The translations under genes were made by a program, and so were the position numbers. The notes under the pieces are model-generated. The model saw only the letters and a program-made list of their open reading frames with translations. It was not told the origin of the DNA and ran no database searches. From sequence record LR597651: a stretch of 47,678 bases of DNA. One strand, written 5' to 3'. The stretch is from Escherichia phage Lambda_ev058. This document shows positions 42,226 to 47,678 of the stretch, piece by piece; the first letter of the stretch is position 1; each line of letters starts with the position of its first letter.

Positions 42226-42750
42226 TTATTGTTTGACCCATAATAGTTCATTGACATTGAATCCCAATTTTTGAGCAGTACGCACATAGTCTGCTTTTAC
42301 ATTATCTGGAATAGTTGGAGTCCGTGCCAGAATCCATAGGTATTCTCTGTTCGGACCACTGACAAGAGCATACTTATACTCATCATCCAGTTTGATTACA
42401 TTATAGCCACCATAGAAGGGGCCAAAAAACGAAACCTTCAACGCTGCAGTTGTATTATCTCCTGTAAAGTATGCTTTACCTTCGCTCTCGCTCCATTTGT
42501 TTTTCGTTGGGTCATATCCACGATTAAGTACACTAATCCCTCCGTCGTTCCGTTTCCCATAAGTGGCGCTGACCTGTTCCAGACCACGTTCAAATCGGTT
42601 CTCAAGCCGAGCTATTTCATACCATTTTCCGAGGTAGCGGTTGGTGTCAAAATTTGTAATCGGCTGCACACCTTTAGGTGGTGTCGGGGCCTTACATGCT
42701 ATCAGAGTGAAAGAGAGTGCAATGCCAGTCAACACAGGCCATAACTTCAT
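42226..42750 (-). CDS. blc: outer-membrane lipocalin lipoprotein (Blc-like)
   Basis: 174-aa ORF with lipobox LIAC after a signal peptide; lipocalin motifs (RYLGKWYEIAR, KVSFFGPFYGGYNVI, EYLWILARTPT) matching E. coli Blc as recalled. Confidence 0.85.
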   Translation of the reverse strand: MKLWPVLTGIALSFTLIACKAPTPPKGVQPITNFDTNRYLGKWYEIARLENRFERGLEQVSATYGKRNDGGISVLNRGYDPTKNKWSESEGKAYFTGDNTTAALKVSFFGPFYGGYNVIKLDDEYKYALVSGPNREYLWILARTPTIPDNVKADYVRTAQKLGFNVNELLWVKQ

Positions 42751-42942
42751 AATATATCCTGTACTTTTGATAGTTGAGAGTAAGTATTAAAGATAGATGA
42801 TTACTACCGATCACCTAAAGAACTTTCCTACTATATTAGGAATAGTCCATAACAAAAAAATTGTCAGTGATGACGGCAGAAAGGCAGTTTAGGTCGTGTA
42901 CTACACTGTTAACCTGTTAATGAATTAGTCAAGGGGTAGGCA

Positions 42943-43902
42943 ATGATAAAAAAACCTGTCGTTGGGATCAGTGGTTGTTTGGCCGGTTCTTCTGTCCGTT
43001 TTGATGGTGGTCACAAAAGAGCTAGCTTTTTAATGGACAAATTACTGGAATGGGTAACATTCAAACCAGTATGTCCGGAAATGGCTATAGGGCTTCCAGT
43101 TCCGCGTCCTGCTCTACGTCTTGTTCGCTCGGCGCAAGGAAATATACGGATGTGTTTCAGCCACGACCAGAATGAGGATGTTACAGAGAAAATGACAGAG
43201 TTTAGTCGTTCTTATCTTGACAAATTAAAGGATGTATCGGGATTTGTGGTTTGTGCAAAATCTCCTAGCTGTGGTATGGAACGCGTGCGTGTATATGATG
43301 AAAATGGTAATCGTGGTCGTAAAGATGGAGTGGGACTATTTACGAGCACGTTGATGGAAAGGTTTTCCTGGCTACCGGTTGAAGAGGATGGGCGACTACA
43401 TGATCCAGTGCTTCGTGAAAACTTTGTTGAAAGAGTATTTGCTTTACATGAGCTCAATCATCTTTATAAAGCGAAATTATCAAGAAGGGAATTATTAGCT
43501 TTTCATAGCCGTTATAAGCTTCAGTTGTTGGCGCATAGCCAGGCCGGTTATAAAGAGATGGGGCCATTTGTGGCTGCAATACATGAGTGGGCAGACCTTG
43601 AATCATACTTTGAGGTGTATCGTGAGAAGCTGATGGCGATTCTCAGAAAACCTGCATCACGTAAAAATCACACGAATGTGCTGATGCATATACAGGGATA
43701 TTTTAGTAACTGCTTAAATACACGTCAGCGTAAAGAGTTGAGCGATGTTATACTTAACTATCGAGCTGGCACGCTACCTCTTCTTGCGCCATTAACTTTG
43801 CTGAAGCATTACTTGGCAGAGTATCCTGATGATTATTTGCTTATACAGAATTACTTCCACCCCTATCCTGATGAACTGGCTCTAAGACTCTTGGTGAACT
43901 AG
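42943..43902 (+). CDS. DUF523-DUF1722 protein (YbgA/TudS-like; putative Fe-S thiouracil or 4-thiouridine desulfidase)
   Basis: 319-aa ORF with conserved Cys at roughly 12, 44 and 105-110 (GISGCLAG, KPVCPE, VCAKSPSCG) in the N-terminal half and a YbgA-like C-terminal half. Family assignment is from memory. Confidence 0.55.
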   Translation: MIKKPVVGISGCLAGSSVRFDGGHKRASFLMDKLLEWVTFKPVCPEMAIGLPVPRPALRLVRSAQGNIRMCFSHDQNEDVTEKMTEFSRSYLDKLKDVSGFVVCAKSPSCGMERVRVYDENGNRGRKDGVGLFTSTLMERFSWLPVEEDGRLHDPVLRENFVERVFALHELNHLYKAKLSRRELLAFHSRYKLQLLAHSQAGYKEMGPFVAAIHEWADLESYFEVYREKLMAILRKPASRKNHTNVLMHIQGYFSNCLNTRQRKELSDVILNYRAGTLPLLAPLTLLKHYLAEYPDDYLLIQNYFHPYPDELALRLLVN

Positions 43903-44211
43903 GCGTTTGGAATGCACCAACAAGATGATTTTCTCCTTAGAGAATGTTTACAATCGTAAAAACTTCACTATGATATCTATAGTTGTACAGTTTGTAAAAA
44001 AATTCGGTTCATGCTTAAGGTAATGTTAATATGTTAATTAATGATTAATAATCAAGCAAGCCAAAAATAGTTCTGTTTAATCTAGTATTACATAAATATT
44101 TTAAAGAAAATATCAAAGTTCATGATGATATAATGAGATTTTTCTCATTGAAAATATGGCAATTTTAATATTTCCACCTATACTTACTTAACTCAAATCT
44201 AATTATGTCAG

Positions 44212-44952
44212 GTGGATGGTATGCCATGCATATGTTCTATCATTTTGGTTTTGAACTCGTTTGATATCCGGCTTGGTAAAGAAAAAATCTCTCTAAAAAA
44301 AGGAAGTGTTGTTGCTATAGAATACAATTTAAAAGTTTTCTTTTCTTCAAATAAAGATAATATAATGATCGTGGATATTGAAGAGAAAACAGTTAATGAC
44401 TTCTTTAAAAACAATACACTCTCACCTTTTTCTGTAAGAAGATTTTATTCAGCATACTTGATAGTAAACTGTACAGACTATTCATTGTTAAAGAACTTGA
44501 TAGGTTGCTTGAATTGTGATGGTGAAACTACGGCTGTAGTTAAAAATTCAATATTATTTGCATGTCTTGCTATTTTATCCTCGGAAAAAATGTTTCAGAG
44601 TTTTTTGTTTGGGTGTCTTAATAGTTTAGGAAGCAAAGTTAAGGCTATTATTCACTCGGACATATCTGCAGCATGGAGACTTTGTGATATTTCTTCAAGA
44701 CTATGTCTGAGTGAAAGTTTGTTAAAAAGAAAACTAAAACACGAAGGCTTATCATTTAGCAAATTAATTCTTGAAGAACGAATGGTGATGGCTGAAAGGT
44801 TATTAAGCTACAATTTCTATCCTGTTGGGAAAGTTGCTAAAATATGTGGTTATGAAAGCGCGTCATATTTTATAAGTGTTTTCAGAAGATATTTTGGTGT
44901 TCCCCCCCATGAATATTCATCAAGATTTTTTTTAGAAAAAGGCAAGATGTAA
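44212..44952 (+). CDS. AraC/XylS-family transcriptional regulator (AT-rich; Rns/PerA/PatE-like)
   Basis: 246-aa ORF with a C-terminal double-HTH AraC signature (KVAKICGYESASYFISVFRRYFGVPPHEY); strongly AT-rich gene and upstream region. Start codon uncertain. Confidence 0.75.
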   Translation: MDGMPCICSIILVLNSFDIRLGKEKISLKKGSVVAIEYNLKVFFSSNKDNIMIVDIEEKTVNDFFKNNTLSPFSVRRFYSAYLIVNCTDYSLLKNLIGCLNCDGETTAVVKNSILFACLAILSSEKMFQSFLFGCLNSLGSKVKAIIHSDISAAWRLCDISSRLCLSESLLKRKLKHEGLSFSKLILEERMVMAERLLSYNFYPVGKVAKICGYESASYFISVFRRYFGVPPHEYSSRFFLEKGKM

Positions 44953-45013
44953 CGTGATGCGTTTTGATGATTTTGTAATTTTCATATTTGATGATTATAT
45001 GATGCTTTCAGCT

Positions 45014-45044
45014 ACGCCAGAATAATCGCTGGCGTTTTTCTTTT
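45014..45044 (+). terminator. intrinsic terminator after the AraC-family gene
   Basis: Direct: CGCCAG-AATAAT-CGCTGGCG stem followed by TTTTTCTTTT. Confidence 0.55.
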
Positions 45045-45119
45045 CTAATGTAACTTCTGTATCTTTCCCTCTTTCATTCCAAACCGTGTACACCATCCGT
45101 TATTCGCGGAGGTGAGGCT

Positions 45120-45335
45120 ATGAAATCCATGGACAAGTTAACAACGGGCATTGCCTACGGCACCTCTGCAGGCAGTGCTGGCTACTGGTTTTTACAGTGG
45201 CTTGATCAGGTCAGTCCGTCACAGTGGGCGGCGATTGGAGTGCTTGGAAGCCTTGTGTTGGGTTTTCTCACTTATCTGACAAACCTTTATTTCAAGATTA
45301 AAGAAGATAAGCGTAAGGCTGCGAGAGGTGAATAA
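45120..45335 (+). CDS. S: holin, phage-21-type pinholin (class II, dual start)
   Basis: 71-aa [53 protein letters not shown]... with the M1-K2-S3-M4 dual-start motif and two TMDs; matches S21 as recalled. Confidence 0.9.
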   Translation: MKSMDKLTTGIAYGTSAGSAGYWFLQWLDQVSPSQWAAIGVLGSLVLGFLTYLTNLYFKIKEDKRKAARGE

Positions 45336-45832
45336 TGTCGCCATCATTACGCAAGGCTGTAGCAGCTGCTATTGGTGGTGGGGCTGTTGCCATAGCGTCT
45401 GTGCTCATCACTGGTCCGAGTGGTGACGATGGTCTGGAAGGTGTCAGCTACATACCATATAAAGATATTGTTGGTGTATGGACTGTATGTCACGGGCATA
45501 CAGGAAAAGACATCATGCTCGGTAAAACGTATACCAAAGCAGAATGCAAAGCACTCTTGAATAAAGACCTTGCCACTGTCGCCAGACAAATTAACCCGTA
45601 CATCAAAGTCGATATACCGGAAACAACGCGCGGCGCTCTTTACTCATTCGTTTACAACGTGGGTGCTGGCAATTTCAGAACATCGACGCTTCTTCGCAAA
45701 ATAAACCAGGGCGATATCAAAGGCGCATGTGATCAGTTACGTCGCTGGACATATGCTGGCGGTAAGCAATGGAAAGGTCTCATGACTCGTCGTGAGATTG
45801 AGCGTGAAATCTGTTTGTGGGGTCAGCAATGA
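45335..45832 (+). CDS. R: SAR endolysin (phage-21-type lysozyme)
   Basis: 165-aa ORF with an N-terminal signal-anchor-release segment ([20 protein letters not shown]) and T4-lysozyme-like E..D..T catalytic spacing; matches R21 as recalled. Confidence 0.9.
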   Translation: MSPSLRKAVAAAIGGGAVAIASVLITGPSGDDGLEGVSYIPYKDIVGVWTVCHGHTGKDIMLGKTYTKAECKALLNKDLATVARQINPYIKVDIPETTRGALYSFVYNVGAGNFRTSTLLRKINQGDIKGACDQLRRWTYAGGKQWKGLMTRREIEREICLWGQQ

Positions 45833-46290
45833 ACAGAGTAACCGCGATTATCTCCGCTCTGGTTATCTGCATCATCGTCTGCCTGTCATGGGCTGTTAAT
45901 CATTACCGTGATAACGCCATTACCTACAAAGCCCAGCGCGACAAAAATGCCAGAGAACTGAAGCTGGCGAACGCGGCAATTACTGACATGCAGATGCGTC
46001 AGCGTGATGTTGCTGCGCTCGATGCAAAATACACGAAGGAGTTAGCTGATGCGAAAGCTGAAAATGATGCTCTGCGTGATGATGTTGCCGCTGGTCGTCG
46101 TCGGTTGCACATCAAAGCAGTCTGTCAGTCAGTGCGTGAAGCCACCACCGCCTCCGGCGTGGATAATGCAGCCTCCCCCCGACTGGCAGACACCGCTGAA
46201 CGGGATTATTTCACCCTCAGAGAGAGGCTGATCACGATGCAAAAACAACTGGAAGGAACCCAGAAGTATATTAATGAGCAGTGCAGATAG
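45829..46290 (+). CDS. Rz: spanin inner-membrane subunit Rz
   Basis: 153-aa product from [29 protein letters not shown]..., matching lambda Rz as recalled; start overlaps the R stop. Confidence 0.9.
   Translation: MNRVTAIISALVICIIVCLSWAVNHYRDNAITYKAQRDKNARELKLANAAITDMQMRQRDVAALDAKYTKELADAKAENDALRDDVAAGRRRLHIKAVCQSVREATTASGVDNAASPRLADTAERDYFTLRERLITMQKQLEGTQKYINEQCR
46049..46231 (+). CDS. Rz1: spanin outer-membrane lipoprotein Rz1 (embedded in Rz, +1 frame)
   Basis: 60-aa ORF entirely within Rz, with lipobox VVGC and a proline-rich segment ([15 protein letters not shown]). Confidence 0.85.
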   Translation: MRKLKMMLCVMMLPLVVVGCTSKQSVSQCVKPPPPPAWIMQPPPDWQTPLNGIISPSERG

Positions 46291-46321
46291 AGCTGCCCAT
46301 ATCGATGGGCAACTCATGCAA

Positions 46322-46615
46322 TTATTGTGAGCAATAGACACGCGCTTCCAGCGGAGTATAAATGCCTAAAGTAATAAAACCGAGCAATCCATTTACGAAT
46401 GTTTGCTGGGTTTCTGTTTTAACAACATTTTCTGCGCCGCCACAAATTTTGGCTGCATCAACAGTTTTCTCCTGTCCAATTCCCGAAACGAAGAAGTGAT
46501 GGGTGATGGTTTCCTTTGGTGTTACTGCTGTCGGTTTGTTTCCAACAGTAAACGTCTGTTGAGCACATCCTGTAATAAGCATTGCCAGAGCGGCAGAAAA
46601 CAACATTTTTTTCAT
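46322..46615 (-). CDS. bor: Bor lipoprotein (serum resistance)
   Basis: 97-aa product from MKKMLFSAALAMLITGCAQQTFTV..., with lipobox ITGC; matches lambda Bor as recalled. The track ORF begins 16 codons upstream. Confidence 0.9.
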   Translation of the reverse strand: MKKMLFSAALAMLITGCAQQTFTVGNKPTAVTPKETITHHFFVSGIGQEKTVDAAKICGGAENVVKTETQQTFVNGLLGFITLGIYTPLEARVYCSQ

Positions 46616-46974
46616 CTTATTATCCTGCATTGTTAAAAACGGCAGAATCCTATGTGACAACAATTAAACGATAGTTAAATGGATTGATGAAAATTAAAAC
46701 TATATAGGTGGATGCTCAGCCTATTGGAGGAGGGGGGCACTCAGAATCCTGTGGAATGAAATAAACCGCTCTTTCTGTCCATTACCCTTTTAGCTGCGCT
46801 GTATCGTCGCCGTATTCCCGCATTAACCATGACCGTAGCCCGACGGGGAATTCCTTCTGCGTGAGTGTGCGGGAATAATCAAAAACGATGCACACCGGGT
46901 TTTACTGTGCTGACAGACGCAGGGTTACCCTCATAGTCGCTTTTCCGGTGCGATGGTGGAAGAAACCGGGATGT

Positions 46975-47169
46975 TTATTCATCATCACTTTGGATTGATG
47001 TACATGCTCTCTTTTCTGACGTTAGTCTCCGACGGCAGGCTTCAATGACCCAGGCTGAGAAATTCCCAGACCCTTTTTGCTCAAGAGCGATGTTAATTTG
47101 TTCAATCATTTGGTTAGGAAAGCGGATGTTGCGGGTTGTTGTTCTGCGGGTTCTGTTCTTAGTTGACAT
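46975..47169 (-). CDS. hypothetical protein (YlcI/DUF3950-like)
   Basis: 64-aa basic ORF MSTKNRTRRTTTRNIRFPNQMIEQINIALEQKGSGNFSAWVIEACRRRL...; found near the right end of lambdoid genomes. Confidence 0.55.
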   Translation of the reverse strand: MSTKNRTRRTTTRNIRFPNQMIEQINIALEQKGSGNFSAWVIEACRRRLTSEKRACTSIQSDDE

Positions 47170-47326
47170 GAGGTTGCCCCGTATTCAGTGTCGCTGATTT
47201 GTATTGTCTGAAGTTGTTTTTACGTTAAGTTGATGCAGATCAATTAATACGATACCTGCGTCATAATTGATTATTTGACGTGGTTTGATGGCGTAGATGC
47301 ACGTTGTGACATGTAGATGATAATTA

Positions 47327-47678
47327 CTGTCTCTTATACACATCTCCGAGCCCACGAGACTAAGGCGAATCTCGTATGCCGTCTTCTGCTTGAAAAAAAA
47401 AATTGTCACGTACAAAGAAAGTAGCATTCCAATGGTCTATCAGGTAATCTTTAACAAAACGTTGAATACCAAAAGCGCCTACACCATCACTTGCTAAGCG
47501 GCTGTTGAACCACTTCTCACTACGGAGATGTGTAGAAGAGAAAGAATAGGATTGAGGTAACTGGGCTTGATTATAATGGTAAGATCGATAGTGTGATAAG
47601 ATTTTTTTTTTTTCAAGCAGAAGACGGCATACGAGATTCGCCTTAGTCTCGTGGGCTCGGAGATGTGTATAAGAGACA
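47327..47678. other. sequencing artefact: Illumina Nextera/P7 adapter sequences in inverted orientation flanking a ~200-bp unrelated insert
   Basis: Direct: 47327-47392 reads CTGTCTCTTATACACATCTCCGAGCCCACGAGAC + TAAGGCGA + ATCTCGTATGCCGTCTTCTGCTTG, then a 10-A run. 47614-47678 is its reverse complement (CAAGCAGAAGACGGCATACGAGAT...AGATGTGTATAAGAGACA), preceded by a T-run. These are the Tn5 mosaic end, an i7 index and the P7 sequence. Confidence 0.95.

Noticed and set aside
42070-45119. Possibility of Shiga toxin or tRNA genes in the Q-S interval
   Set aside because: No A/B toxin-like ORFs (signal peptides, ~320-aa A and ~90-aa B subunits) and no tRNA-like cloverleaf sequences are evident. The interval instead holds the lipocalin, DUF523/DUF1722 and AraC-family genes.
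47185-47427. 80-aa ORF on the minus strand (MLLSLYVTIFFFKQKTAYEIRLSLVGSEMCIRDS...)
   Set aside because: It is a translation of the Illumina Nextera/P7 adapter and adjacent junk; a well-known adapter-derived pseudo-protein, not a gene.

Overview
The window is a near-complete lambdoid (lambda-like) temperate siphovirus genome laid out in virion (cos-linearised) order, not an integrated prophage: attP is intact and there are no host flanks. It starts about 44 bp inside a lambda-type cos region and ends about 45 bp short of the right cohesive end, where Illumina Nextera/P7 adapter sequence is fused to the contig. Layout: (1) 147-18958, lambda-type packaging, head and tail genes Nu1 to J, collinear with lambda and matching it closely at protein level as recalled from memory. 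(2) 19017-27355, b-region: side tail fiber with a divergent AT-rich C-terminus, two small ORFs, a sitABCD Mn/Fe ABC importer with MntR and Fur boxes, an IS3-family transposase remnant, an AT-rich orphan gene, and attP carrying a copy of the icd 3' end. (3) 27356-36005, int-xis, lambda-like exo-bet-gam-kil-cIII-ea10, sieB-like, a P22-type N with P22-type boxB hairpins, an uncharacterised 299-aa membrane protein in the slot where lambda carries rexAB, and a cI-type repressor. (4) 36084-42069, cro, cII, O with ori iterons, P, ren, an IS200 insertion, ninB, a Dam-like adenine methyltransferase, ninE, rusA, ylcG and a phage-82-type Q. (5) 42226-47169, a Q-S accessory cluster (Blc-like lipocalin, DUF523/DUF1722 TudS-like protein, AT-rich AraC-family regulator), a phage-21-type lysis cassette (pinholin, SAR endolysin, Rz/Rz1) and bor. 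The best candidates for undescribed function are the rex-slot membrane protein, the Q-S accessory genes and the AT-rich orphan next to attP. All homology statements come from reading the translations and recalling reference sequences; no database search was run.
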